A stretch of DNA of 64,000 nt from an uncultured virus (IMG/VR IMGVR_UViG_3300036770_005354) (lineage: Duplodnaviria > Heunggongvirae > Uroviricota > Caudoviricetes): the IMG/VR virus record IMGVR_UViG_3300036770_005354, positions 1-64,000 of that record. One strand, 5' to 3'. The notes under the pieces are model-generated. The model searched no databases. It was not told where the DNA came from and was given only the letters and a program-made list of their open reading frames with translations. Below are positions 9,274-19,315 of this stretch, piece after piece (the stretch's first letter is position 1; each line of letters starts with the position of its first letter). A program made the position numbers and the translations under genes.

Positions 9274-9626
9274 AACATCAATGGCGCAATGACGAATCCG
9301 CATTTGGTATGCCCGATCTAACCTATTGTAAGGTTTGTAATACGGTAGAAACCGTGTATAATACCAAAGAAGAATGTCCGGGAGTCAAATGTATCAAATG
9401 TTTAAGCTCAACTGAATGTGATGGTGTAAACTGTTTACAACGACTTCCAACCGAAAGCCAACCACTGATTTATCGTTTACGTAAACGTGCAGAGATTCGT
9501 AGACAAATCCCAGGTAGAAAAAGTGTAGAAGAGGGTGAACCCGATCGTATTGCTGACTTGTTAGAAGAAGCAGCCAATGAAATTGAAAACAATAAAAAAT
9601 TATCATTGACAAAAAAACTCACATGA
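9270..9626 (+). CDS. hypothetical protein, Cys-rich N-terminus
   Basis: CKVC, CIKC; C-terminal RLRKRAEIRRQIPGRKSVEEG.PDRIADLLEEAA. Confidence 0.7.
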   Translation: MKHQWRNDESAFGMPDLTYCKVCNTVETVYNTKEECPGVKCIKCLSSTECDGVNCLQRLPTESQPLIYRLRKRAEIRRQIPGRKSVEEGEPDRIADLLEEAANEIENNKKLSLTKKLT

Positions 9627-9634
9627 CTTATAAT
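9606..9634 (+). promoter_or_regulatory. sigma70-type promoter
   Basis: TTGACA-17-TATAAT, perfect consensus. Confidence 0.85.
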
Positions 9635-9658
9635 TAAAGTATAACAATAGGAACCATC

Positions 9659-9841
9659 ATGGATAAAAAATTTAAGAAATTTGAACCTATGTCAAATGTC
9701 GCAAATCAAAAAATTGATGAGCTAATTAAAAGAGGCGGTAAAATAGTTTCTGAATATAGAGAATATGTCCTAGTTCAAAGACTGGAAAGTATAGCAAAAA
9801 TTGACCAGTTTGGTCGTGTGGTATGGAACGAACTAGAATAA
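9659..9841 (+). CDS. hypothetical protein
   Basis: 60 aa, AGGA RBS, first gene after the promoter. Confidence 0.65.
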   Translation: MDKKFKKFEPMSNVANQKIDELIKRGGKIVSEYREYVLVQRLESIAKIDQFGRVVWNELE

Positions 9842-10332
9842 TGAACGATAGAATGAAAAAATTTTACTCAGACGTTGCAATTCAATGTGCAAAAATGAGT
9901 AGAGCGATAAGACTTCAGGTGGGCTGTGTCATTGTTAAAGATGATAACATCCTTTCATTTTCATGGAATGGAACTCCAGCTGGATGGGATAATAATTGTG
10001 AAGATAAATTAGTCACATATGATGTAAGAGAAACCGTTTCAGAAAAGGCGGCATGGTCCTACAATGTAGACACTAAGCAATATACAAGGCTTAAAACTAA
10101 ACCTGAAGTTTTACATGCTGAACGGAACGCAATTGATAAATTAGCAAAAAAAGGAAATGCAGGGGGCGACGGTGCATATTTATTTTGCACTCATGCCCCA
10201 TGCATGGAATGCGCCAAAAGTATATATGGTGCAGGTATAAGAAAATTATTTTATTTAAATGAATATCGATCAACTGATGGCATAGAGTTTTTGAAAAAAT
10301 GCGGGGTTGATATTGAAAAGCTAGATACTTAA
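9841..10332 (+). CDS. dCMP deaminase
   Basis: QVGCVIV, WNG, HAE and PCMEC Zn-binding motifs. Confidence 0.9.
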   Translation: MNDRMKKFYSDVAIQCAKMSRAIRLQVGCVIVKDDNILSFSWNGTPAGWDNNCEDKLVTYDVRETVSEKAAWSYNVDTKQYTRLKTKPEVLHAERNAIDKLAKKGNAGGDGAYLFCTHAPCMECAKSIYGAGIRKLFYLNEYRSTDGIEFLKKCGVDIEKLDT

Positions 10333-10413
10333 TTCTCTAAAGTATAGAATACTCGTTGCGTGATTTATTAAAAAATAAATATAAAAATAGAAAAATAATA
10401 TATAAGGATAATA

Positions 10414-11136
10414 ATGAAAAAAGGTAAATTAAATATTCCAACTAAAAAAGTTCTTGCCCCACCTCCACCAGTTGCTACAGCACAACCCGCTGCACCAGTA
10501 AATAGAACACAACCACCAAGCATAATGATAGCAGTACCATCAATGGAAATGGTAAATGCAGAATTTGCACAACACTTAGCAATGGCATCAGCCAATTTGG
10601 TGGCAAATGGAATAAAAATAAATTGTGCATTTAATATAGGAAGTGTTATCACAATTGCTCGTAGAAATTTAGTAGATATTTTTATGAAAAGCAATTTTGA
10701 TTATATATGGTGGGTCGATAGTGATATGAAATTTCCAATTGACACACCAATGAGGTTGCTTGCTAGAAATAAACCAATAGTTGGTGCAAATTATCGTAGA
10801 CGTAGATTCCCAAATCCAAGTTTTACTGGTATGACCGGATCAGCCGGATCTTTTAGAGAGTTTCAAACAACTGATAACAGTCCAGCAATGGAAATGTGTG
10901 ATGTACTACCACATGGATTATGCTTAATAAAAAGAGAAGTATATGAAAAAGTAGCACAACCTCACTATCTTCAAGAATACATTCCCCATCTTAATTTAGA
11001 AGTAGGTGAAGACATTTACTTTTTCCAAAAGTGTAAGCAAGAAGGATATGAAATCTGGTGCGATCAAGAGTTAAGCAGAGAAATTGCACATATTGGAATA
11101 TTCCATTTCAATTACAACTTAAGCGTACAAAGGTAA
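10414..11136 (+). CDS. GT-A fold glycosyltransferase-like protein
   Basis: IMIAVP, ARRNLV, WVDSDM (DxD), GLCLIKREV, GEDIYF. Confidence 0.75.
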   Translation: MKKGKLNIPTKKVLAPPPPVATAQPAAPVNRTQPPSIMIAVPSMEMVNAEFAQHLAMASANLVANGIKINCAFNIGSVITIARRNLVDIFMKSNFDYIWWVDSDMKFPIDTPMRLLARNKPIVGANYRRRRFPNPSFTGMTGSAGSFREFQTTDNSPAMEMCDVLPHGLCLIKREVYEKVAQPHYLQEYIPHLNLEVGEDIYFFQKCKQEGYEIWCDQELSREIAHIGIFHFNYNLSVQR

Positions 11137-11139
11137 AAT

Positions 11140-11292
11140 ATGATTGATTCTATTGAATTAAGAAAAGTAAAAAATGGATATGTTGTAACTGTAAGATCCG
11201 ATGAGGAAGATTCTGAATATATTTTTACTACTATCCGCCAAGCATTAAAATTTATGAAAGATAACTTACAAAGTAAAGTTGGATCGGATTGA
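11140..11292 (+). CDS. small hypothetical protein (absent from ORF track)
   Basis: 50 aa, MIDSIELRKVKNGYVV..., fills the gap, AAGG RBS. Confidence 0.55.
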   Translation: MIDSIELRKVKNGYVVTVRSDEEDSEYIFTTIRQALKFMKDNLQSKVGSD

Positions 11293-11294
11293 TT

Positions 11295-11765
11295 ATGAAT
11301 ATAGTAAAAGAATATAAATTAAATGATACTGTTTGGATTTATGGCATATCATCAGGAAAAAATAGATTAACAAAAGGGAAAATAATTAAAATCCTCAACC
11401 TTGAAGAAGAAGGATACGATAAAAATCAAAAATTTTATATAATTTCAATCCCTACTGAAATTGAACCACTTCTTGAACTAAGAACATGGGAAACAATTAG
11501 TCAAGATGAATTTGGACCTGTTGGATGTTTAAGAGAAAATTTTGTTAATGCAGATGCAAATAACAAAAAAATAAGTCAAGCTGGATATACATATAGTCAA
11601 AATTATGACGTTAATGATGATGGTCCCAGTCCAGAAGAAATTATGGCAGCATTAGAAAATAGTGCAAGCAATCTAGTTCATCAAAACATTAATTTTAATA
11701 AAAAACCTGAATTTAAACCAAAATTCAAATCAAAGAAGAAAACATTTGTAAAAAATAAAATATGA
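11295..11765 (+). CDS. hypothetical protein
   Basis: ORF with a Lys-rich tail. Confidence 0.7.
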   Translation: MNIVKEYKLNDTVWIYGISSGKNRLTKGKIIKILNLEEEGYDKNQKFYIISIPTEIEPLLELRTWETISQDEFGPVGCLRENFVNADANNKKISQAGYTYSQNYDVNDDGPSPEEIMAALENSASNLVHQNINFNKKPEFKPKFKSKKKTFVKNKI

Positions 11766-11986
11766 ATATTTTTGGAAATAGACTCTTTATTAGAAAAAGT
11801 AATGAATTAGAAATAAGTGTTTTTTGTACAGATAGTAATATTTGGAATTGGATTGAAAACACAGTTAATAACAATTTTAATTTTAAATTAATAAACTCAA
11901 ATACCTTTCGATTTGAAAATGAAAACGAATTATCAAAGTTTTTAACTATTTTTAATTTAAAATGGGGACATAAATTAACAGGATAA
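11762..11986 (+). CDS. small protein, dispersed member of the F-x-L-K-W family
   Basis: C-terminal FRFENENELSKFLTIFNLKWG. Confidence 0.55.
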   Translation: MNIFGNRLFIRKSNELEISVFCTDSNIWNWIENTVNNNFNFKLINSNTFRFENENELSKFLTIFNLKWGHKLTG

Positions 11987-11994
11987 TTAAAAAT

Positions 11995-12285
11995 ATGTTT
12001 TACAAAACAATAATTGATAAAGACAAATCTATTAAAGAAATCCACAAAATAGTCGTTCACAGGTTTAGTTTATATGATTTCTATTGTACAGATGAAGCAG
12101 TGTCTGAACATATAAATATTTGGAAAAAAACTAAACCTGGACATTTTATTGTAACATCATCATATGAAAAACCAGAAGTGCATAAATTTATCAATGCGCA
12201 AAATGCTACATATGATTTTGCAATTGTTGCATTTATTGACAGTAAAAAGCTTACAGAATACTACCTAAAGTACCAAAATATATAA
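11995..12285 (+). CDS. hypothetical protein
   Basis: 96 aa, ends TEYYLKY. Confidence 0.65.
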   Translation: MFYKTIIDKDKSIKEIHKIVVHRFSLYDFYCTDEAVSEHINIWKKTKPGHFIVTSSYEKPEVHKFINAQNATYDFAIVAFIDSKKLTEYYLKYQNI

Positions 12286-12294
12286 GGAAATAAA

Positions 12295-12666
12295 ATGCCA
12301 AATGTTTTTAAAGATCAAGAAAAATTTATGAAATCTTGTGATCAATCAGTAGACAAATTCAATCAATCACAATTCAACTTATATCTTAAATTAATTGAAG
12401 AAGAAGTTGGAGAATTAAAAGTTGCGATAGATAACAATAATAACCTAGAAGTGTTTGATGCTCTTTTAGATATTATGGTTGTAACAGCAGGTGCAATCCA
12501 CTCAGCGGGATTTAACGGCGAAGAAGGATGGAAGGAGGTGATGCGATCCAACTTTGCAAAAATTGACACACAGACTGGAAAAGTTAGAAAAAGAGAAGAT
12601 GGAAAAGTCCTAAAGCCTTTAGGTTGGACTCCACCAGATTTAAAAAATTATTTAATAAAGGAGTAA
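12295..12666 (+). CDS. MazG-like / PRA-PH-like NTP pyrophosphohydrolase
   Basis: LIEEEVGEL, DALLD, EVMRSNFAK, KREDGKVLKP. Confidence 0.85.
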   Translation: MPNVFKDQEKFMKSCDQSVDKFNQSQFNLYLKLIEEEVGELKVAIDNNNNLEVFDALLDIMVVTAGAIHSAGFNGEEGWKEVMRSNFAKIDTQTGKVRKREDGKVLKPLGWTPPDLKNYLIKE

Positions 12667-12670
12667 AATA

Positions 12671-13366
12671 ATGTTCGGTTCAAGTATGGGTTTACCACAA
12701 ACAGGGTATCGTACTGCAAGTGATATAAATTCTGCTATGGGTAGAGTTTATGGAATTATGGCTATGGCCCTTGTAACATCAATGGTCGTTAGTATGTTAG
12801 TTGCCAGTAGCACTGCATTAATGGCATTTCTATTCACTGGATTTATGAAATGGATAGTTATTTTCTCACCACTAGTGGCAGTATTTGTAATCTCTATCGC
12901 ACTTAATGCAGATCCACCTAAATTAATTTCCCATCTTATGCTTCATGGCTTTGCAGCATTGATGGGATTATGTTTTTCAAGTATTTTTATAGTGTATAAT
13001 TTAGGTTCTATCATATCAGCATTCATGAGTGCAGCTGTTCTATTTTGTGTAATGAGTTTTTATGGATATTTTACAAAGAAAAATTTAGATAACTTAGGTA
13101 AGTGGTTATTTGTTGGCTTGATCTCAATTATCATTGCTGCTATAATCAACCTGTTCATCGGAAGTACAGTTGCAGAAATGGTCATCAGTACATTAGCAAT
13201 TGTAATATTCATGGGATTAACCGCATGGGATACCCAACGAATTAGAGAAGAACTTAGTTATAGTACCACTGCTTCTGCTGAAGTAAGAGGGGCATTGAGT
13301 TTATATATGAACTATATAAACATTTTCTTAAACCTGTTAAATTTATTTGGAAGTAAAAACGAATAA
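12671..13366 (+). CDS. Bax inhibitor-1/YccA family membrane protein
   Basis: about 7 hydrophobic segments; YGYFTKKNL, TAWDTQRI, GALSLYMNYINIF. Confidence 0.9.
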   Translation: MFGSSMGLPQTGYRTASDINSAMGRVYGIMAMALVTSMVVSMLVASSTALMAFLFTGFMKWIVIFSPLVAVFVISIALNADPPKLISHLMLHGFAALMGLCFSSIFIVYNLGSIISAFMSAAVLFCVMSFYGYFTKKNLDNLGKWLFVGLISIIIAAIINLFIGSTVAEMVISTLAIVIFMGLTAWDTQRIREELSYSTTASAEVRGALSLYMNYINIFLNLLNLFGSKNE

Positions 13367-14208
13367 TGAGAAAACATTATTGGAGTTGCAGCACTTTCGC
13401 AGATTGGCTTCGCGGGACACCGAAAAACGGAGCCAAGACTGCTGAAGGTTGGCGAGATTGGCGAAAGGATGCAGAAACAAAGTATCCTTTCCGCTATTGG
13501 CTTGCAGAAGAAGGACTAGATAAAATTCAGAATTTTATCTGGTGGCCAATAGATAAATTATACGATCTAAAATATTACATAAACAATCGTTATATTACCA
13601 AATCTCATTGCCTTACGGCTCATCCTAGAGACATTAAACCAGGGCAGTGGTGCGACGTTGGTAATCGTTTTTTGCCCTGCTTGTTCAATGAATTGGTAGA
13701 TTTTGTCGAAATTGAACAGGCATGGTGGAATATTGCTTGGGACAAAGAAGCCCGAGCTAAGTATCATGCACCATTTTGGTCCAGTGGTTGGTTTCGTTGG
13801 AGAACTTGGCGTAGTCCTGAAGCAGGACTTGACGGTCTTAAATGGCAAAGCGAACTTGTTTGGACGGAAGATGATGTAGGCGAAAAGACTGACATGATAG
13901 GTAAACCTACTTATCAGGCAGAAAAAGCCCGCGAAATTTTAGCACTATACAAGTGGTGGACCGAAGTTTATCCAAATCGCCCAGATGTACACGACGCCAG
14001 TGGGTGGACAAAGTATTGTGATCTAAAACGTGATCTATATGGAAATGAAGACCTCGATTGGTTTTGTGATGATAAAACACCAACATCATTAAAAGAATTT
14101 GGCAGTGAAGCTCTAAAGAAGAGCCAGGAAATCGAAGAAGCTTATGAAAAAGAAGATGAAGAAATGATGATTCGTCTTATCAAAATTAGAAATTCACTAT
14201 GGACTTAA
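13366..14208 (+). CDS. hypothetical Trp-rich protein
   Basis: 280-aa ORF, TAATG-coupled. Confidence 0.8.
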   Translation: MRKHYWSCSTFADWLRGTPKNGAKTAEGWRDWRKDAETKYPFRYWLAEEGLDKIQNFIWWPIDKLYDLKYYINNRYITKSHCLTAHPRDIKPGQWCDVGNRFLPCLFNELVDFVEIEQAWWNIAWDKEARAKYHAPFWSSGWFRWRTWRSPEAGLDGLKWQSELVWTEDDVGEKTDMIGKPTYQAEKAREILALYKWWTEVYPNRPDVHDASGWTKYCDLKRDLYGNEDLDWFCDDKTPTSLKEFGSEALKKSQEIEEAYEKEDEEMMIRLIKIRNSLWT

Positions 14209-14213
14209 ACAAC

Positions 14214-14435
14214 ATGAACCAAGAATTAGATATTATTTTTACAGAAAATTTTCTTAACGCATTTACCGGAACACAGGAGGATCTTGATGAAATTATCAGG
14301 CAAGTATATGAAGATTTCCCAGATGCATATGGAAAGTTTGTTATTGGGACTCAAGATGAAGATTATGAATCATTAGAAGATATTCTAGACGATGATGACG
14401 ATTACGACGCTATTCCTAAACATAAATTAAATTAA
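14214..14435 (+). CDS. acidic hypothetical protein
   Basis: D/E-rich short ORF. Confidence 0.6.
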   Translation: MNQELDIIFTENFLNAFTGTQEDLDEIIRQVYEDFPDAYGKFVIGTQDEDYESLEDILDDDDDYDAIPKHKLN

Positions 14436-14437
14436 AT

Positions 14438-14821
14438 ATGCAATATCAAGAACCAGCCGAAGGCATTTGTTTAGATAAGAATTTTGACACCGCTAAGTTT
14501 TATACAGTTTTTTGTGACTGCGGTGATGAAAATCATCGTATAAAATTGATTGTTGAAGTTGATGAATCTTGTAACCAAGTCATTGTAACACAATATACAA
14601 ATGTAAAATCTTGCTGGTGGAATCAACAGCCAACACGGTTTGATTTTATTAACAGAATTGCACATGTGCTATATACTACTTGGAAACTATGGACCAAAGG
14701 ATATATTGAGTGCGAATCCTCTGTAATTTTAAATGAACAAGTTGCTCTAAATTTTAGTGAAATTTTAAAAAAATCAATATCTGATTTAAAAAACATTAAA
14801 GAGAAAAAATCTATTATTTGA
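14438..14821 (+). CDS. hypothetical protein
   Basis: CDC...H motif. Confidence 0.7.
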   Translation: MQYQEPAEGICLDKNFDTAKFYTVFCDCGDENHRIKLIVEVDESCNQVIVTQYTNVKSCWWNQQPTRFDFINRIAHVLYTTWKLWTKGYIECESSVILNEQVALNFSEILKKSISDLKNIKEKKSII

Positions 14822-14850
14822 AATTATAATTTACCTGCACAACATTTTAT

Positions 14851-15243
14851 ATGATTATATTAACTTCTAATATAGATTATCCTTTAGAAAAAAATTCCCT
14901 TGAGGCTGATCTGAAAAATACCCCATGGATATGTAACAAAGTTAAATCTAGTTTTATATATTCACAAAATTTATATGCAGCGCTATGCAATAATGATTTT
15001 CTAAAATTAGATGTTTTAGACATTCTAAAAAACAAAATGTGGCACTGCTCATGGAGACATGCTGGTAGCATAATAGCAGACATCCATGAAGAAGGCGATT
15101 ACATGGATTGGTATTGTAGTGGTATGCATAATGAACAAGACATGAATGGAAGTATATATAATCACTATGTAAGTGAAGGTACTATAACAGAAGAAATAGA
15201 AAAAGATCTGAAGGCTATCAAATGGATTCCAGTCAAAGAATGA
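14851..15243 (+). CDS. conserved phage hypothetical protein
   Basis: QNLYAALCNN...SWRHAGSIIAD...GDYMDWYCSG. Confidence 0.75.
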   Translation: MIILTSNIDYPLEKNSLEADLKNTPWICNKVKSSFIYSQNLYAALCNNDFLKLDVLDILKNKMWHCSWRHAGSIIADIHEEGDYMDWYCSGMHNEQDMNGSIYNHYVSEGTITEEIEKDLKAIKWIPVKE

Positions 15244-15482
15244 AATCGATAAAAGTAAAAGAGAAAGATTGGATAAAAATTCTTGAAAAAATTAAAAAAG
15301 AATATCCACCAAGTTATTATCTGATACGGGCAAATTCAAGAGAAAAACTAGGTTTTACTCAGAGAACCAATATATATGACTATACGTATACTTGGTTAGA
15401 TTTCTATAATGAACATAAAAAAACACTATTTTTATTAAAATATGGTGATTTAATATCTTCAATTGATAGTGAAAATAGATAA
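15240..15482 (+). CDS. small protein, dispersed F-x-L-K-Y family member
   Basis: LDFYNEHKKTLFLLKYG. Confidence 0.65.
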   Translation: MKSIKVKEKDWIKILEKIKKEYPPSYYLIRANSREKLGFTQRTNIYDYTYTWLDFYNEHKKTLFLLKYGDLISSIDSENR

Positions 15483-15502
15483 TGTCTTAATATAGGACCA
15501 TG

Positions 15503-15531
15503 TTGACATAACCTTGCATAGTTTGTAAAAT
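15503..15531 (+). promoter_or_regulatory. sigma70-type promoter (probably leaderless transcript)
   Basis: TTGACA-17-TAAAAT; ATG follows after only 6 nt. Confidence 0.75.
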
Positions 15532-15537
15532 ACTCTA

Positions 15538-16734
15538 ATGACTACTACTACCATAAAATCAAGAAATACCCAGCTTAACAAAATTAGAGCACAAGCAAAA
15601 AAAGACCCTAGTCCGAATTGGGAGGGTCACGAATCATGGACACATGAAAAATTTGTTTCATATTTTAGAGAATCTTTACGATATTACCAATTAGAAGTTG
15701 CCAGTAAAGACTTAAAACTAAAAGTGATTCAGTGGATGTCAAATAATGACTACACTAATGAACAAATTAAAAAATTCAAAAATTCACCAGATTGGAAATG
15801 TTCTTCTACAATTGGAGCAATAGCAGCTAATTTACTAAGAGGAATGCCGGTTGTTAGAGAAAATTTTAACAATGGAAAAAATTCAGCAGAGTGGCTTACT
15901 AAAGAAATAGACAAAATAATTGTAGGTGAAAAGTATACCGTAGAAAAACCCACAGAAACTCAGGTAAAACAACCAGTCGCAGATTCAGGATTTAATATTC
16001 AAGAAAAAATTAAAGAATCTGCTGGGCAAATGTGTGAAGATATAGATTATAACATTGATACTTTTATTGAGAATCCAAATGAATTCAATCCGTCTTCCAT
16101 CAAAGTTCTAAATGTTTTACGAGGAAAAAATGTAAAAGCAGCACATGCTAGATATATAAAAACTTTTTATCAAAAACAGTTTGATGAACTTCTAGAATTA
16201 TCTAGTGGGAAAGCTGAAGAACAACTTAGAGAAGCATATAGGCATCACCCAAGAAAAAATATCAAAAAATTGATTGAGTTTTATGAAAACGTTTATAAAG
16301 CATGTGATCAGTTAATTGAAGAAGGTAAAGTAAATAAAAAACCAAGAACTAAAAAAGCCAAATCTTCAGAAGAATTAGTTAAAAGTTTTAAGTATTGTAT
16401 AAGGGATGATAAATTAAATCTAGTTTCTTTAAATCCAACCAACCTAATTGGTGCACAGATGGCATTAGTATATAATGTTAAAACAAGAAAAGTTGGAATT
16501 TACAGAAGTACAAGCATCAATGGATTTGAGGTAAAAGGTTCATCTATTAAAGGATTTACAGATACTAGTTGTCAAAAAACATTAAGAACTCCCGTCGCTC
16601 AACTTAAAGAGTTAAAAGATCAGAATACTCAAAAAAAGATAGAAACATGGTTTGATAAAAATGTAAGAACTATTGATACCAAGCTTACTGGAAAATTTAA
16701 TGAAGATGTTTTGATTCTAAAAACATTTAAGTAA
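15538..16734 (+). CDS. conserved hypothetical phage protein
   Basis: 398-aa basic ORF. Confidence 0.8.
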   Translation: MTTTTIKSRNTQLNKIRAQAKKDPSPNWEGHESWTHEKFVSYFRESLRYYQLEVASKDLKLKVIQWMSNNDYTNEQIKKFKNSPDWKCSSTIGAIAANLLRGMPVVRENFNNGKNSAEWLTKEIDKIIVGEKYTVEKPTETQVKQPVADSGFNIQEKIKESAGQMCEDIDYNIDTFIENPNEFNPSSIKVLNVLRGKNVKAAHARYIKTFYQKQFDELLELSSGKAEEQLREAYRHHPRKNIKKLIEFYENVYKACDQLIEEGKVNKKPRTKKAKSSEELVKSFKYCIRDDKLNLVSLNPTNLIGAQMALVYNVKTRKVGIYRSTSINGFEVKGSSIKGFTDTSCQKTLRTPVAQLKELKDQNTQKKIETWFDKNVRTIDTKLTGKFNEDVLILKTFK

Positions 16735-16748
16735 CAATAATTTAGTAC

Positions 16749-16785
16749 TTGACTAGATCGAGCTTGTATGCAATAATACAAGCTC
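16749..16785 (+). promoter_or_regulatory. sigma70-type promoter overlapped by a 10-bp inverted repeat
   Basis: TTGACT-17-AATAAT; GAGCTTGTAT-N6-ATACAAGCTC. Confidence 0.6.
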
Positions 16786-16811
16786 TATAAACTATAAACC
16801 ACAAGGCTTAT

Positions 16812-17084
16812 ATGAACATTAATATTGATTTGTCAAAGTTCGATAATATCAAGCTTGAAGAAAAGTCCAACTTTATGAAAACCGGCAAATCCAAAAGTTG
16901 GCTCGGTGAATATCATTGGGTTAAAATTGAAAATACCGAAGATAAACAGCTAGACATTGAGAAAGCTAAAAAATGGTGTAATAAAAATTTCGGTTCATCA
17001 GCATCCGTGTGGTACGAGCATAAAAGTGTATTTTTCTTTAAAGAAGAAAAAAATATGACTATGTTTATTTTAAAATGGTCTTAA
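16812..17084 (+). CDS. small protein, dispersed F-x-L-K-W-S family member
   Basis: KWCNKNFG...W...FFFKEEKNMTMFILKWS. Confidence 0.75.
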   Translation: MNINIDLSKFDNIKLEEKSNFMKTGKSKSWLGEYHWVKIENTEDKQLDIEKAKKWCNKNFGSSASVWYEHKSVFFFKEEKNMTMFILKWS

Positions 17085-17098
17085 TATAATAATTCGTT

Positions 17099-17296
17099 AT
17101 GTCTAATTTATCTCAAGAAAATAATTTTCCAATCAATGATATTGAGTTAAGATGGGTAACAGTTGACAATGTAAAACAACTTCAATATAGAAAAAAGTAC
17201 ATACACACAGACTACAGTGCATTTGATGAAACAACATCTAGTTTTTTAAATGTACCAAAATGGTCTGAATGGATTACACTTAACGAAACTCATTAA
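17099..17296 (+). CDS. hypothetical protein
   Basis: ELRW...LQYR...WSEW. Confidence 0.6.
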   Translation: MSNLSQENNFPINDIELRWVTVDNVKQLQYRKKYIHTDYSAFDETTSSFLNVPKWSEWITLNETH

Positions 17297-17315
17297 TAAA
17301 TTTTTGAAAGATCAT

Positions 17316-17567
17316 ATGAAAGAACTTCTGCATTTTCTTGTTTGGTTTGCTAAAAAAGTAGATCCTTTTTATTTTTTATGTATTTTGTCTGTTAGTGTCA
17401 CAATAACTGGGTTAATGATTCAATCAATAAGCACCGTGACAACCGGGATTATGATTATGGTCGGCGTATTTTTAAAAATAACTATATATGACACTGTTAT
17501 TGACAATTGGAAAATATATAAAGAAGAAAAAAATAGTTTACTCACCAAAATCAAGAATTCAAATTAA
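17316..17567 (+). CDS. small membrane protein
   Basis: two hydrophobic segments. Confidence 0.6.
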   Translation: MKELLHFLVWFAKKVDPFYFLCILSVSVTITGLMIQSISTVTTGIMIMVGVFLKITIYDTVIDNWKIYKEEKNSLLTKIKNSN

Positions 17568-17569
17568 AC

Positions 17570-17917
17570 ATGACAAAAAATGCATTTATTTTTAGTTGGG
17601 ATTACAACGGAATCGAAGCAATCATTCCTATTTCTATATATGAAAATCAAGATAAAGAAAACCTTATTAAACTACTTAAAGGAGAAGAATCTATACCTAA
17701 TCCTTTGAATAGTATTATTCGTAACTTAATTATAAGGGCAAGATTTAATCATCAAAGATTCTATGAAATTTATGCAGTAGATTGTGATGAAAGTCTTGAT
17801 GAAAATTTTTGGAAAAATCAATGGCAAGAACACCCACAACTTACTGCTGATTTAATTAGAGAACGTGGTCACAAAATTTATAGTGATCGACAAACTAAAA
17901 CCGCAGTTATAATTTAA
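17570..17917 (+). CDS. hypothetical protein
   Basis: 115-aa ORF. Confidence 0.7.
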   Translation: MTKNAFIFSWDYNGIEAIIPISIYENQDKENLIKLLKGEESIPNPLNSIIRNLIIRARFNHQRFYEIYAVDCDESLDENFWKNQWQEHPQLTADLIRERGHKIYSDRQTKTAVII

Positions 17918-17926
17918 AGGAAAAAT

Positions 17927-18508
17927 ATGTTAGTACCAATGGTAGTTGAAAAGACAAGTCAGGGAGAAAGAGCATTTGACATTTACAGCCGTTTATTGAA
18001 TGAAAGAATCGTTTTTCTGAATGGCCCAGTTAATGATCATAGTGCAAACTTAGTTATTGCACAAATTCTTCATCTTGAAAGTATGGATTCTAATAAAGAT
18101 ATTAATTTGTATATTAATAGTCCAGGAGGATCGGTAGTTTCAGGATTGGGAATTTTAGATGTAATGGATTTTGTAAAACCAGATATTGCAACATATGTTA
18201 TTGGACAAGCTGCTAGTATGGGATCACTACTTGCTTCATCCGGTAAAAAAGGAAAAAGATTTATGTTGCCACATTCACGACATTTAATTCATCAGCCTTT
18301 AGGTGGAGCAAGTGGTCAAGCATCCGACATGGAAATTCAGGTTAACGAAATTCTACGAATGAAAAAAGATTTAACTAATATCTATGTAAAAAATACGGGA
18401 AAATCTTTTAGTCAGTTGACTAAAGATATGGACCGTGATAATATCATGGACGCACAAGCTTCAATTAATTACGGATTAGCAGATAAAGTTATTGAAAAAA
18501 GGTCATAA
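17927..18508 (+). CDS. clpP: ATP-dependent Clp protease proteolytic subunit
   Basis: [18 protein letters not shown], catalytic QAASMG, IHQP, DRD. Confidence 0.95.
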   Translation: MLVPMVVEKTSQGERAFDIYSRLLNERIVFLNGPVNDHSANLVIAQILHLESMDSNKDINLYINSPGGSVVSGLGILDVMDFVKPDIATYVIGQAASMGSLLASSGKKGKRFMLPHSRHLIHQPLGGASGQASDMEIQVNEILRMKKDLTNIYVKNTGKSFSQLTKDMDRDNIMDAQASINYGLADKVIEKRS

Positions 18509-18670
18509 ATGTTTTACTTAGATAAAGATATGTTAAATAAAGTATCATTAGCTTATGAAGTTTATTCAAAAAAAGTAAGACCAGATTTACATATTGAAAA
18601 CTTCATTAGTTGGATGTATAAGCAATATGGAATAGTCGAGTTAAAAAAAGAGGAACATCATGGAAACTAA
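18509..18670 (+). CDS. small hypothetical protein (absent from ORF track)
   Basis: 53-aa ORF directly after the clpP stop. Confidence 0.5.
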   Translation: MFYLDKDMLNKVSLAYEVYSKKVRPDLHIENFISWMYKQYGIVELKKEEHHGN

Positions 18671-18836
18671 ATGGATTTTAGAAACTAAAGAAGATCCAGA
18701 AACTGGAGACATATTGTTAGAATTCCCCCCTGAATTACTAGATCAGGTAGGTTGGAATGAAGGTGATACTCTTAATTTCTCCGATAATGGCGATGGTTCA
18801 TGGTCTATCACTAAAGCTGACCCTAAAAATACATAA
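18660..18836 (+). CDS. AbrB/MazE/SpoVT-like small DNA-binding protein (absent from ORF track)
   Basis: 58 aa; DILLEFPPELLDQVGWNEGDTLNF; GAGG RBS. Confidence 0.7.
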   Translation: METKWILETKEDPETGDILLEFPPELLDQVGWNEGDTLNFSDNGDGSWSITKADPKNT

Positions 18837-18871
18837 TATTTTATCAATCAATGATTAGGGTATTAGATATT

Positions 18872-18901
18872 ATAGCAGTAAATTTTTTACTGCTATTTTT
18901 T
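18872..18901 (+). terminator. possible intrinsic terminator
   Basis: ATAGCAGTAAA-TTT-TTTACTGCTAT followed by a T run; lies inside a possible 51-aa hydrophobic ORF (18851-19006). Confidence 0.5.
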
Positions 18902-19041
18902 AATATTGATAAAAAGTCATTTATTGATGAACTTGGAATTAACTTTATAAGACTTATTTTTATTAGTATAGTAATTATATCATTAATTATATTTTTATTG
19001 TACTAATGCTGTATTATTGATTTTTTCAGTCAACTATATGG

Positions 19042-19070
19042 TTGACAAGAAATAGTTGCAGTGTTAAAAT
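19042..19070 (+). promoter_or_regulatory. sigma70-type promoter heading the cassette array
   Basis: TTGACA-17-TAAAAT; -35 overlapped by inverted repeat GTCAAC-N6-GTTGAC (19029-19046). Confidence 0.8.
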
Positions 19071-19096
19071 GGTAGTACACTGTAAAAATTTCACGC

Positions 19097-19315
19097 ATGA
19101 CTACTGAAATAAAGTTAAAGCAAGCACTAACTTATCAACAAGAATGTTGGTTAGAGCATCATGTTGGTCCGATACTTTATTATCTTAATAATAAGTATGG
19201 TGGCCAACAATGGTCTGTCGTAAAAGTATATGAAGCTGAGTATCATCAGTTTATCAACTATCTAAAATTTACAGATGATCGTGTGGCTATGCTTTACATG
19301 TTGAGGTGGTCATGA
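19097..19315 (+). CDS. array ORF 1
   Basis: ends MLYMLRWS. Confidence 0.75.
   Translation: MTTEIKLKQALTYQQECWLEHHVGPILYYLNNKYGGQQWSVVKVYEAEYHQFINYLKFTDDRVAMLYMLRWS

Noticed and set aside
7339..9281. Antisense Ala-rich ORFs across the paralogue array
   Set aside because: Mirror frames of the GCGGCT repeat; no RBS or promoter support.
18660..18836. Toxin-antitoxin pair around the AbrB/MazE-like ORF
   Set aside because: No recognisable MazF or PIN toxin adjacent; the flanking ORFs are a 53-aa unknown and a doubtful 51-aa hydrophobic ORF.
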